Source: Chrysemys picta bellii (taxonomy: Eukaryota). From it: a DNA stretch of 64,000 nucleotides. Positions 35,061-47,967 of the stretch are shown piece after piece. Each line of letters begins with the position of its first letter. Position 1 is the stretch's first letter. The notes below the pieces were generated by a model. That model was not told the DNA's origin and made no database searches. It was given only the letters and a program-made list of their open reading frames with translations. The position numbers and the translations under genes were made by a program. Location: contig NC_088796.1 of assembly GCF_011386835.1 (NCBI RefSeq), forward strand, positions 2,790,001 through 2,854,000, written 5' to 3'.

Positions 35061-36498
35061 CAGCTCCCGTACATTAGCCCCACAAATGTGTCACAGCTGC
35101 AGACCCCTTCCATGGACAAGGGTTGTGTTCATTCTTCACGGCCCATCCAGACCAGGCCCCTCTGAGAGCACAAACTCTAGACTGGGTGCTTGGACTGCAG
35201 ATGGGGAGTCCCTGTAGGGGGTATATGGGGGTCTCATCCATGCAAGAGCCAGGTGCTGTCTGGCCTAGAGCTCAAGGGTGGTTCTCAGAGGTGGTTGCCC
35301 TCCCTGGGGAGAGCATCTGTCCCCCACAAGTGTGCAGCTTCTCCCCGTGTGGAGGTGGCTGTGTCTCGGTAGTGCTGTGCAGACGCTCTGTAGAGTCCAC
35401 CGGGTCCTTTCGGGTGACCGGCGCGGTGGGCTGGAAGCTGTTATTTGCACTAATGATGGTGATTAGTTTGTACCGAGAAAGCCGGACAATCAGCATGGCT
35501 GGCTGAGGCGAGGACAGCACCCTGCGGCTCCGCTCCGGCTTGGTACAGTGCACCTGCGGGGGCGGAATTAATGAGCCGGATCCTCATTTCAACCCGAACG
35601 CTTCCTTCCCTGGCAGTGTCTGGGCTGCCAGCTGGTCTGTTTTTTTCTTTCTGCCTCTATTATACAACAGCTCCCAGACACTGGCAGCCGCACAAGCCTT
35701 TCTGCACTCCTCCCCAACTGGCCTTTCCCGCTCACTTTGATGAGCCGGTCGTGGCCTTTTCTTCTTTATCCTCATCTCACCAGGTGGGCGGAGAGGATGC
35801 AGCCTGCTCTGGGTGGCAGCAAGTGAAGTGTGTGTGTGTTCTGCTTCAGTACCAGTGCTGTAGATTTCTATAGACCCTTCAGCCAGTCATGCCTTGACAC
35901 AGCTTAATCTGGACTGGACAAATCACTAGGGATTAAGCTACGGGAGAGAGTCCTGCCCTGGGGCGGGAGGTTAAATGGGCCCTAACAGGGCTTCACCAGC
36001 TCTCACTTGTAGGCTTGGTCACGCGCCCCGGGAGATGGGTGGATGAGGAATGAGAAGACTGTATTATTGTTTAGCTACTAAGATGCAAGACCGAGATGGC
36101 TTCAAATGAAAATCCTGGTTCTGAGCCCCGTCCCCTGATTTGGGGAAAGCTCTGATCCAGATCTGGATTTCTTATTCTTTGCATTCCAGTAGCACTTAGA
36201 AGCCCCAGCTTGGCTCGGGGTCCCATAGGCACTCGTAGTGAGAGATGGGGCCTGCAAATCTGCACTCTCAGCAGACAAGACAGACAAAGCGGGGGAGCCC
36301 AGGAAGTGTCAGTATCCCTATTTACAGATGTTAACACGTGGAGATTAAGAGACATGGGGAATTGGCAGCAGAGGCAGAATTAAACCCAAAGCTCCGAGAT
36401 TTTAGTCCAGAGCCTGAACCATACGACTATGCCCCCTTGGCCCCATTTCCACCCATGGCGAGAGGGGATGGATTCCAGTCAGTTTTGGGGGTTGGCAG

Positions 36499-36633
36499 TA
36501 GGGTGACCAGACAGCAAGTGTGAAAAACCAGAACAGGGGATGTGGGGAGGGTGGGGGGTAATAGGAGCCTATATAAGACAAAGCCCCAGATATCGGGACT
36601 GTCCCTATAAAATCGGGACATCTGGTCACCCTA
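36499..36633. mobile_element. hAT MITE, family B
   Basis: Same TIRs and internal sequence as 14933-15045. TSD not clean. Confidence 0.85.
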
Positions 36634-37884
36634 GGGTCAGAGGTGGTTACCATGGAGGCAGCACACCATGGACCATCCCACACGTGAGGGTGAAGTTCAC
36701 CTTGGGCTGCGGAGGCCAGCACAGGGTTCTTAGAGCCATTCTCTCGCGTCACGAGCGTCTCTAGCCCGTGAAGAACACAGAGTTCTCCCAGGGATCAGAA
36801 GAGCATCAGGAGGTAGGTTTGAGTGGGCTGGGCTGCCTGGGACTGCAGGCCACGGCTAGGAACGAGCGCTCGGAGCTGAGTCACTGATGCATTATTTATA
36901 GGCCTTTCTAAGGCTCCTCATCGGAGTGTTTCGATGCTCTACAAAATCCAGCTGCCCAGCCAGGTTTGAGCCGCAAATATGGAGCGTGGCATTAACCAGC
37001 CGCAGCTTGGCCGAGCTTCCGGGGCCTTCTCAGAGCCCAGCGCTGCTTGCAAGGCTGCCGAAGTGAGAGCGAGGCGAATAGTTTGCCCTGCGCTAGCTGA
37101 CTGCGGTGCAGGTGCCAGTGCATGGGAAGGAAGGGCCTCACCAGGAGACGGAGGGCCATGAGCATCTTGGGCTGCACATCCATCGCCTGGGTTCATTTCA
37201 CTTTGAATACTGGTGCTTGAGCTCTTGGGTTTGGCCCCGAGGCCCCGTGCCAGTCTGGGATCAGTGGCACGTTCCCTGCGTCTCGGTGGCTGCTCTGGGT
37301 CCATCCCAGGCTGCTTTCTCAGGAGCCGATGCCAACACCCATCTCCCCGGGACTGGCACAGCCTGAAGGCGACGTCACAGCTCAGGGAAGCACCAGCCGG
37401 CAGCGAGAGCAATTATCCCAAGGGATACACAGCGAGGTTTCCAGCTCCCCCCCACCCCCGCTGCGGGGGAGAACGGATGAGTTCGGCTCCCCGCTAGTGG
37501 AAGTGAGTCACCCACCCACGCAGGATCCTTTCTGCGCCTGTTGCCTGAGGGGCCCCGTGGCGCTGGGGTTTTGTTGCCTCCCTTGTCACACAGCCTCAGC
37601 GGCTCGGAAGGGGTATAATTAAGGAGGATCTTATTTAGTTCTAGCACAAACTCCCCTGAACCTTCTTTGGGCCCCTGCCTGTCAGCAGGGCCATGGCCAG
37701 AGAGAGCAGCTGGGTGTCTCTCTGTGCTGCTCTATTCAGAGACCCATTTGTCCAGAGGCAGTGGCCAACTGCTCGGCATGCGCTTTGAGGGCTGTCATCC
37801 AGCGTCAGGCTCAAACCACAGAGTCAACCTGTGGAGGAAGCAGAAGGAGGAGATGCAACAAGAAAACGGATACTGACTCGGCGC

Positions 37885-39130
37885 TAGATCTTGGGAGCCT
37901 CTGGGATACAGGAGGCTTTAATTAATCAAGAATTAAAAAGGGGTAATATAATCCTAACGAAGCAGGGGGTTTTCTTGTTGTTTTCAATGGTTTGCATGCA
38001 GCAGGCATGGGACTCAGTTTCCCTGGGTGTTACTGGTTTAACGAGGTGGTGGGACAGGGAGTTTGTTGTTAGAGGGCCAGCGAATGGCCGGGAGAATGGA
38101 TAGCCCAGTGACTGGTGACCTGGTAACTGGGAGGCCCAGCTCGGGAGTCACAACCGGTTCTGGCCAGTGGGAGGACAATGGGCTGTGGAGAGAGGGCCCT
38201 AGTGACCTGACCAGCCCATTCCAGCCAAACAAAGGATGGATGAGAGGTGAGGCTGGGAGGAGAGGAGGCCCAGGTGACTTGTTTACCTGGGACAGAAGAC
38301 AAAGGACAGAGGTGGGACTTGGGGGAGGTGACATTAGATGCCTAGCTGGAAGGGGGAGGTTCTGGGCTGGCAGGGGTGGGCAGCTGGAGCCCACCTGGAG
38401 GCTGGAGAGACCTAGCTGAACTGTGCCGAGGGAGGCCAGGCCTGAGGCCCAGAGAGTTTCCTGTGCTGGGTTCAGTCGCTCAATAAACCTCCTGTTTTAC
38501 GCTGGCTGAGAGTCACTCCGGTCTAGAGATCAGGGGGCCCACGGCAGAGACAGATGTGCTCAGGCTCAGAGAGGTGCGGCTCCAGCAGGTGGAGGGGCTT
38601 AAACCCCAAGAAAGAGTGGACCCCTGAGAAGGGCTGTTGCACTGAAGGGGGTTCCCCCCAGGGACCATACAGAGCCAAGAGAGAGCACGAGTCCTGTGAG
38701 TCCGTGACAATAATTAATGCCAATCAACATGAGTTTATGGAAAATAGATCCTGTCAAACTAATGTGATACATTTTTTTGATGCAATTACAAGTTTTGGTT
38801 GACAAAGGTAATAGTGCTGACATAATGTACTTCAATTTCTGTAAGTCCTTTGACTTCATACCACAGGGCGTTTTGATTAAAAAACTAGAATGATACAAAG
38901 TTAATATGACACTCATTACATGGATTAAAAACTGGCTAAGTGATAGGTCTCAAAATATAACTCTCCCTGGGGAATCATTACTGAGCAGGGGTGGTTCTAA
39001 TAAGGTCTCACAGGGAACAGTTCTTGGCCCTTTGCTATTTAACATTTTTATCAATGACCCGGAAAAAAACATAAAATCATCACTGATCAAGTTTGCAGAC
39101 ATCACAGAAATTGCGGGGGAGGGGAAATCA
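37885..39130 (+). mobile_element. CR1 RT fragment interrupted by a solo LTR
   Basis: INQELKRGNI continues after the LTR as INANQHEFMENRSCQTN, then WIKNWLSDRSQ...[16 protein letters not shown]...KFAD. Confidence 0.85.
37953..38709 (+). mobile_element. Solo LTR of the SCAN-gag Gypsy family
   Basis: Homologous to 41984-42805 and 47971-48807. 5-bp TSD ATAAT, AATAAA at 38482, 5' TG degenerate. Confidence 0.88.
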
Positions 39131-39184
39131 TTAAGAGGACAGGTCTCTGATACAGAGCGGAGAGGATTATTTCAGAAAAGCAGA

Positions 39185-41318
39185 CTGTGACTCCCGCAGG
39201 GAACTGATGGGCAGGATCCCCTGGGAGGTTAATAAAAGGGGGAAAGGAGTCCAGGAGAGTTGGCTGCATTTTAAAGAAGCCTTATTGAGAGCGCAGGAAC
39301 AAACCATCTCGATGTGCAGAAAGAATAGCAAATATGGCAGGCGACCAGCTTGGCTCAACAGTGAAATCTTCGGTGAGCTTAAACACAAAAAGGAAGCTTA
39401 CAAGAAGTGGAAACTTGGACACATGACGAGGGAGGAGTATAAAAATATTGCTAGAGCATGCAGGGGTGTAATCAGGAAGGCCAAATCACCACTGGAGCTG
39501 CAGCTAGCAAGGGATGTGAACGGTAACAAGAAAGGTTTCTACAGCAATGTTAGCAACAAGAAACAGGTCAGGGAAAGTGTGGGACCCTTACTGAAGGGAG
39601 GCAACCTAGTGACAGATGATGTGGAAAAAGGTGAAGTACTCAATGCTTTTTTTGCCTCGGTCATCACAGACAAAGTCAACTCCCAGACTGGGCAACACAG
39701 TATGGGGAGGAGGTGAGCAGCCCTCAGTGGTGAAAGAACAGGTTAAGGACTATTTAGAAAAGCTGGACGTGCACAAGTCCATGGGTCCAGATCTAATGCA
39801 TCCAAGAGTGCTGAGGGAATTAGCTGGTGTGATTGCAGAGCCATTGGCCATAATCTATGAAAACTCATGGCAATCGGGGGAGGCCCTGGATGATTGGATA
39901 AAGAGGTCCTGGACGATTGCCCGTCTTTAAAAAAGAGAAGAAGGAGAATCCGGGGAATTACAGACCGGTCAGCCTCACCTCAGTCCCTGGAAAAATCATG
40001 GAGCAGGTCCTCAAGGAATCAATTCTGAAGCACTTAGAGGAGAGGAAAGTGATCAGGAACACTCAGCATGGATTCACCAAGGGCAAGTCATGCCTGACTA
40101 ACCTGATTGCCTTCTATGAGGAGATAACTGGCTCTGTGGATGAGGGGAAAGCAGTGGATGTGTTATTCCTTGACTTGAGCAAAGTTTTTGATACAATCTT
40201 CCACAGTATTCTTGCCGCCAAGTTAAAGAAGTATGGGCTGGATGAATGGACTGTAAGATGGATACAAAGCTGGTTAGATCATCGGGCTCAACAGGTAGTG
40301 ATCAATGGCTTGATGTCTAGTTGGCAGCCGGTATCAAGTCGAGTGCCCCACGGGTCAGTCCTGGGGCAGGTTTTGTTCAACATCTTTATTAATGATCTGG
40401 ATGATGGGATGAATTGCACCCTCAGCAAGTTCGCAGATGACACTAAGCTGGGGGGAGAGGTAGATACGCTGGAGGGCAGGGATTGGGTCCAGAGTGACTA
40501 GAGAAATTGGAGGATTGGGCCAAAAGAAATCTGATGAGGTTCAACAGGGACAAGTGCCGAGTCCTGCACTTAGGACAGAAGAATCCCATGCACTGCTACA
40601 GACTGGGGATTGACTGGCTAAGCGGCAGTTCTGCAGAAAAGGACCTGGGGTTACAGTGGACGAGAAGCTGGATATGAGTCGGCAGTGTGCCCTTGTTGCC
40701 AAGAAGGCCAACGGCATATTGTACTGCATTAGTAGGAGCATTGCCAGCAGATCGAGGGAAGTGATTATTCCCCTCTATTCGGCACTGGTGAGGCCACATC
40801 TGGAGTACTGTGTCCAGTTTTGGGGCCCCCCACTACAGAGGGGATGTGGACAAATTGGAGAGAGTCCAGCAGAGGGCAATGAAAATGATTAGGTGGCTGG
40901 GGCACATGACTTATGAGGAGAGGCTGAGGGAACTGGGATTGTTTAGTCTGCAGAAGAGAAGAATGAGGGGGGATTTGATAGCTGCTTTCAACTACCTGAA
41001 GGGGGGTTCCAAAGAGGATGGAGCTCGGCTGTTCTCAGTGGTACCAGATGACAGAACAAGGAGCAATGGTCTCAAGTTGCAGTGAGGGAGGTCTAGGTTG
41101 GATATTAGGAAACACTATTTCACTAGGAGGGTGGTGAAGCACTGGAAGGGGTTACCTAGGGAGGTGGTGGAGTCTCCTTCCTTAGAGGTTTTTAAGGCCC
41201 GGCTTGACAAAGCCCTGGCTGGGATGATTTAGTTGGGGATTGGTCCTGCTTTGAGCAGGGGGTTGGACTAGATACCTCCTGAGTCTCTTCCAACCCTAAT
41301 CTTCCATGATTCTATGAT
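39185..41318 (+). mobile_element. CR1 LINE, ~2.1 kb of ORF2 (RT and C-terminus), frameshifted
   Basis: [18 protein letters not shown]...[14 protein letters not shown]...[10 protein letters not shown]...[11 protein letters not shown], ending in a ttctatga tail. Confidence 0.97.
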
Positions 41319-41983
41319 TTGGTCGGCCGGGTGCTAGCAAACAATATACGTTGTAATACAGCTACATGTAAACGTAGACCTCTAGGAAGCTGGGGGACTC
41401 TCTCCAGGGAAGCAGTGATTCTGAAAAATAGTTGGGACTCTTGGCAGATAATCAGCTGAACATAAGCTCCCCGTGTGACACTGGCCAACAGGACTGATGC
41501 AGTTCTTCGATGCACGAACGAGCGGGACTGGAGCTAGCGCGCTAAACGAAGCAGTGTGGAGGTTGTGGCTTGGGCGCAGACTCGGTCTAGCCACCAGAGC
41601 CCAGACCCAGGGGTGGGGTGAGCTTGGGAACCTGAGTCGCCACGTCGACGCTACTATTCTTACCGTGCCAGCAGGAGCCCCGCTAGCCTGGGCTTGCAGG
41701 CAAGCTCCCTGCTGCAGTGTAGACGTGGCTGAAGGGCCAGCTCTGATTTGTAATTGGTGAGGGCGGGATCCAACTCCTGTTCAGTCACTTTTGTCAAATG
41801 GCTTTTATCCAAAACAGAGCGGGACTCAGGCTGCACAACCGGGATCCCGATCTGGATCAACCCAAAGCTCTGCTGCAATGTTTGCACCTGGTGTTTGGTT
41901 GGGGCCCCTTCTCGCTCAGCCCCTGGGTCCCAAAGCACCTTGCAAACTTAACAGGATAAGAGCACTTAGCAGGTCTCACCTTC

Positions 41984-42805
41984 TGTGACGACGTGGGGGA
42001 TTTTCTTGTTTTTTCCTTGTTTTTCCAATGGTTTGCATGCGGGCGGGGTGGGACTCAGTGTCCCTGGGTGTTACTGGTTTAACGAGGTGAGGGGAGAGGG
42101 CGTTTGTTGTTGCAGAGGACCAACAACACAACTTGGGACCCCAGCCAATGGCCTAGAGGATGGACAGCCCAGCGACTGGTGACCGGGAGGCCCAGCTCAG
42201 GAGTTGCAGCCGGTTCTGGCCAGTGGGAGGACAATGGGCAGTAAAGAGAGGACCCTGGTGACCTGACCAGCTGGTTCCAGCCAGAGGGGCCAGAGGACAG
42301 AAGCGAGGAGAGGAGGTCCAGGCGACCGGGTTTACGACCCTGTTTACCTGGAGAGAAGCCAATGGACAGAGGTGGGGCTTGGGGCCGGTGATCTCAGATG
42401 CCGAGCTGGGAAGCAGGGGGGCTCTGGGCTGGAGAGAGGGAGCAGGATGCAGGGAGACTGGGATGTGCTGTGCTGAGGGAGGCCAGGCCTGAGAATTCCT
42501 GTGCTGTGTTCAACACTCAATAACCCTCCTGTTTTATGCTGGCTGAGAGTCGCTCCGATCTAGAGAACAGGGTTGCATCCACCCCTTCAGGGGTGGAGGC
42601 CCGGGGGGTCCAGAGCAAGTGGACTCCCTGAGGGGGCCCATGGCAGAGACAGACGTGCTAAGGCTCAGAGAGGTGCGGCTCCAGGAGGTGGAGGGGCCTG
42701 ACCCCGGGAGAGAGTGGACCCCCGAGAAGGGCTGTCTCACTGAAAGGGGCACCCCCCACAGACTGCACGGGGCCAAGAGTGGGCACGATCTGTGAGTCCG
42801 TGACA
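41984..42805 (+). mobile_element. Solo LTR of the SCAN-gag Gypsy family (822 bp)
   Basis: TGTGAC...GTGACA termini and a perfect 5-bp TSD CCTTC. Confidence 0.92.
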
Positions 42806-45800
42806 CCTTCAAAGCACTTACTGGGAAACTGAGGCACGGAGAGAGCAAGTGGCTAGGTCAGGGCCGCAAAGCATGTCACTGGCAGAGCCAGAAATCGCTC
42901 AGGAGTTCCTAGACCCTGTCCCATACTAGTCCACTAGGCCAAACTGCCTCCTGTATAACTGTAGAGGATTTGGGGGAGGCAGTTAGCAAGTGAGAAGGCT
43001 CTGGAGACACAGGAGGAGAGGTGAATGACCTAGACTGGCACAGAAAGGTTGCTGAGGACAGAGAAGCCTATTAGCATGAACAAAAGGCTAATGGCTGGGT
43101 TTGGAACAGTAGCTGCTGCTGCTATGAACTGAATAGCGAATTCTGCCTGAATTATTCTTGAACAAAAGGCCAACCCCATTCCTCAACTCAATCATGCTCA
43201 TTACAGAAGCATTCACTTGCTTTGGGGGTGAAAATGCAGCTATCAGCCCCGTTCTGTTTGCCAGCTGCGGGGTCACATCTGCAGGGGCTCCGGGAGCTAA
43301 TCACCATAATCAGGCTCCATCACATGGGGAATCTAACTGGGAATGTTCAGAGCTGAACTCTTCCCAGGCCAGCAGAAAGGGAGGGTTGAGCCATTGTCAC
43401 TCCGAAGCTAGTTTTCCTAAGAAGTGAAATAAGGTCTCAGGTTTGACCTCGGATGATATCAAAGTGCAGAGTTATTGCTGGTCTCCGTCCAGATAAGACA
43501 CCCGCAAGGTGGCGTCAGCTGGCGGATGGTCCAGTCCCTTCCTAGCATAGTTGGACAGCAGCAGGCTGGCCACGGTGTCTGAGCAGGACTTTGTTTAATA
43601 GCTGAGTCTGCCTTGGTGTCTGCTGCGCAGTTGGGAGATGCAAGCACAGGGCTAAAGAGGGCCATTGAGTAGTGAGGACACAGATAGCCAAGGGCCGTGA
43701 GAGCGGTTAGTGACAACTACGGATGGAGACAATTCTGAGGGCTTTCAGCGAGAGAAGCTCAAGCCGCTTCCCCCGAACAGGACAATCTCTCAGTGGATGT
43801 GCCCTGGCCCAGCCAGACCCCCAGCTCCGGGATGCTGTCAACACCTGGGCTGAGATTGGGCAGGAGTGGGACACAAAGGGTTTGCCTGCACGCCGATGTC
43901 TCTCCTACGGAGCCCATGGAGTTCTACAGCGTGGTGTGTGGAAGAGAGCAGTTCACGGCGGCTGCACAGACCTACAGGCCCCTGGTGCTCCAGAGGAAGA
44001 TGGAAAACCTCCCTAAGGCAGCTGGCCAATTGTGCAGTGCTGCCCATGGGGGAAGAGGGATCCCTTCCTAACCCCTGCGCTGCGCCCACTAGCGGAGCCC
44101 TTAAAACCACTTCAGAACTTTTCTCCTACTGCAGCACTAGAGACCACAGAAGTGTGTCCCCACCCGCCACATGCCTGCGGGGGAGACCATCTACGATAGT
44201 AAAGAGCAGTTTCTGCAGCATGGCAGGATAACAATCCACAGCCATCTTCCCCCATCACCCACCCATCCAGGGAGCAGGCAGGAAGTAGACTCCGCCCGTT
44301 TAGTATGTGTGATCCCGCCTCCCTCCAGCGGCTGGCTTCAGAGGGGATAAAAGCCTGCTACTTAGCGTGGAAGAAGTTACTCTTGTAGCTCAAGTGGTAG
44401 AGGCCTGTGCTTTGGTGCGGAAGAGCTCAAGTGTTGGCAACGCCGGTGTTTGTGTGTCTGCAGCCATAGGGCGGTGGGCACGCTGGTACTCACTGCCGGG
44501 GGCGGGGCTGAGGCTGGATAAAGTAGTGGCTGCAGAGTGAGCTCTGCTCCTCTGCTTTGCTTGGCTCTCGCCCAGGCGGGAGGGCTGAGTGCCAACTGCA
44601 AAAGCTCCCATTGGGGCCGGACAGCAGCAGTTGCAACAGTGAGATGAAAGTGCACTTTGTCTGCAGAGTAGCTTGGTCAGGTGACCCCACGTTTGTCCCT
44701 GTCTTTCTGGACGAGGGAGGGTGCCCTCCGGAGGAGCTATCCTGGCTCAGGGTACTGCTAACGGAGGGGCACCTTCCGCTGCCTGTCTGCTCAGCCAGGG
44801 GAAGGGGAAACGAGCGGCCAGTATCCCTCGGATGCGTGTGCGCGAGAATGCTTTGCACATGGCCTGCCAGCTGTCATGCCTGTAAGGGGGGGAGGCTGCC
44901 AGCTGAGGGGGCGGTGGGAGGAGATGGGATGTTTTCACAGGCACCTCATGGCGGCTTAAAAAAAGAAATTGTTCTAGGAAAAGAAATTAGCTGAATGTGC
45001 TTGTTCCCCAGCCTCTGCTGAACCCAAACAGAGTTATTTAAGGGCACTCTAACACGGCCTCGATGCTTCAAAGAGCGTGAAAGGGGAAGGGGATTGTGTG
45101 TAGGGCTTTTCTTTCCTGCTTTCTTTCGTCCATTCCTTCATTCACTTGTTCGTTTGAGCTTTGCTTCAGTGTTACGTGTGGGCTATGATTGTGTGTTGTG
45201 TATATGTGTGTCGGCCTAGAGTCGATGTGTGTGCCCTGTATGCATGTGTGTCTCAAGGCCGTGTGTGTTCAGTTCTCGTGTATCACTTGTGGGTGTGTTT
45301 TTGGGCTCTGTCTCGCGAGTGGGTGGGAAGGGAGAAGAAGGGAGCAGCAGGCCAGGTCTTACTCATACGAAATGCAGGTGTCTCTTTTCAGGCCACAATC
45401 TCCTGAGCAGCTGCACTAGGTGGAACCAATATCTACATGAGCCGATCTAATTCTAGCCAGTAGCGGGCAGCAGTGCACACACGTAGTCACCCCCTCGACA
45501 TACACACCTGCAGGAACTTCCCCCGCACACCTGTACTATACATATACATACATACATGTGCGCACACATGCCAGAGAGGGAAAGGAACTGATGCACGTGA
45601 GATTGTGACTGATCCATTCTGGCTTGTGAAGGGCAGTGGGCCACATACTTACAATTCCAAGGGCATCCTCCTCTTTTAACTGCAAGACCAGGGAAGGGGC
45701 CAGTCTTTTCCCAGTCCAGATCTCCCTTCCAGTAGCTGGACCAGCGAGGGAGGCAGCCTGTAGCCCATTTCATCCTTCTCTGGCTTGAGGTCCTAAACTA

Positions 45801-45888
45801 ATGTAACCCACACACTTCCTGGGTGTGGTGCTCTGTCCTATCTAGTGGTGCCCCCCCCCTCGAGGGGAGGGGGGGAGAAACATACACT

Positions 45889-45975
45889 CTATAGCCTTAG
45901 GTAAGGGCCAGTTGGCTTTTGGCTCATGCACTAGGCTCCCGAGAGCCCAGGTTCAATCCCACCCCCCGATGACCA
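45889..45975 (+). mobile_element. tRNA-derived SINE head remnant
   Basis: B-box-like CCCAGGTTCAATCCC. No full cloverleaf. Confidence 0.45.
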
Positions 45976-46329
45976 GGATCTGTTGGTGTTACACTAATAA
46001 AGCCAGTCCCAGGAGGCTGTCAGCGAAGGGTGTAAGAGTCCAACCCTCCGCAGCATCTTCATGAGGGCTATGGGTTTAGGAGGGAGCCAGAGCCGGTGCC
46101 TTTGAATCTGTGGCCTGCTGTCTGGCCCCAGGCTGCCCCGTTTTTGCCCAGCCAGGACAGACACCACCACATCACCCTGTAGGGTCTGCAAACACCTCAA
46201 CTCGTCGCTGAAGGCTGCTCTAAGCGGGCATCCAGCCAGCAACCTACCCCGGCTAGATTCCTGCAGCCAGTTCTGACCCCAGCTCCAGGACCCCGATCAC
46301 CACCTCAGACACCACTGGGGGGAGGTGGA

Positions 46330-46602
46330 GGTATGCCGGGGGGGGGGGATTCACTGAAGGGGGTGGAGGGATACCTGGGGGGGGATTCACTGAGGGGGGT
46401 GGAGGGATACCTGGGAGGGGGATTCACTGAGGGGGGTGGAGGGATACCTGGGAGGGGGATTCACTGAGGGGGGCGGAGGGATACCTGGGGGGGGATTCAC
46501 TGAGGGGGGTGAAGGGATACCTGGGAGGGGGATTCACTGAGGGGGGTGGAGGGATACCTGGGGGGATTCGCTGAGGGGAGGTGGAGGGACACCTGGGAGC
46601 CG
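46330..46602. repeat. G-rich minisatellite, left half (~37-bp unit, ~7 copies)
   Basis: GGATTCACTGAGGGGGGTGGAGGGATACCTGGGGGGG repeats. Confidence 0.9.
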
Positions 46603-46689
46603 TGTCATGGACTCACAGGTCGTGCCCACTCTTGGCCCCGTACAGGCCTGGGGGGAACCCCCTTCAGTGTGACAGCCCTTTGGTGGGCA

Positions 46690-47860
46690 TCCACCCAGTT
46701 GACACCCCGCAGGTTCTGCTTGGCTGCCATTTCCTTCATCTTCAGGCACTGGGCCACCTTGTGCCCCTTTTGGCCACAGTAATTACATTTCAGGTCCCTC
46801 AAGTCCCACGATGGGGGTCGGCCCGCCCCGGCATTCCTGGGAACCCCTGAGTTGGGCTTCCTGGAATCCCACCTTGGAGAGGTCTCGGGGTGATTCCCCT
46901 TCTGAGTCCCCGATGTGGGTCTCCCTCCTGCCCCCAATCTGCTGTCCACGAACTCATCTGCCAGTGCCCCTGCACTGCGGAGATCCTTGGGCTTCCGATC
47001 TACTAGCCACATCTTAAGGTCAGGAGGGCAGATGTCATACAGCTGTTCCAACCCCACCAGGTTATACACGTCCTCTGCGGTAGTGGCCCCTGCGCCCTTC
47101 CCCCATTTGCAGAGATATTCCCCCAGCAAGTTGGTGACCTCCTTGTAAGAGACACCTGAGGCCTTGCGTACACCCCGGAATTGTTTCCTGTACGCCTCGG
47201 GGGTCAGTTCAAACTTCAGCAGCAAAGTCCTCCATCTCAATACCATCCATTTGACTGAACGCCTGTATGGCTTTGGGACCCAGCAGGGGGGTCAGACAGT
47301 GAAGCCTGTCTGCGGGGTCAATCTGGTTCAGTTCACAGGTCTTCTCAAAGGCTGTGAGATAGGCATCAATATCCCCCCCCTCCTTGAACTGGGGCAGCAG
47401 TTTGGTGTCTAGATTCCCCACAACACTGGTGTCTCAGGGCCCTTCCCCACTTACCCCCCGGCAGGCCCTTTTGGCCCGCCACTCCTCCAACTCATGCTTC
47501 TGCTGTTCTGCACAGTCCACCAGCCTCTACTTCTCCAGCTCCTTCGCTTTCAGCTCCTGCTCCAGTCTCTGCAGCTCCTCCAGGGAGAAACCTGACTGGG
47601 GTCCCCCTGTGCCGACTGGGGAGTTGGGTCTGATGGACTCCCAGACGCTACACGGATTGCCCCCATGGCTACACCCCGGCTCTCCGCCGGGCACCCCGGG
47701 AGCCCCCCTGGGGTCTGGAGCCTGTTCCTCAGACTGGTCATTCTCTACAAGCTGAGAAATCAGCCGCTCCTTAGTGAGCGTCCCCACGCTCAGCCCCCTC
47801 CCCCTGCAGAGACGTGCCAGGTCGCTCTGACGGAGCTGGTTCTAGGCCTTCTCCAGGCTG
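46690..47860 (-). pseudogene. Disrupted gag with SCAN-like domain and CCHC zinc knuckle
   Basis: LTPEAYRKQFR...LVGLEQLYDICPPDLKMWLVDRKPKDLRSAGALADEF (SCAN-like) and CNYCGQKGHKVAQC (CX2CX4HX4C). Upstream DIDAYLTAFEKTC. In-frame TAG near 47845 and a frameshift near 47230. Confidence 0.88.
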
Positions 47861-47949
47861 GTTCCGTTCAATACCCTCGTTCTATCGCTGGCAGCCACTC
47901 ACTGCAAAGCGCTGGCGCTCGCAGCCCACGTCTACAGGGTGCATCCGCC

Positions 47950-47967
47950 AACCATCCTCTGCTACCA
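47950..47967 (-). other. Primer binding site complementary to the 3' end of initiator tRNA-Met
   Basis: The plus strand reads AACCATCCTCTGCTACCA, the 3' terminus of vertebrate tRNAi-Met including CCA, 3 nt from the LTR end. Confidence 0.9.
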
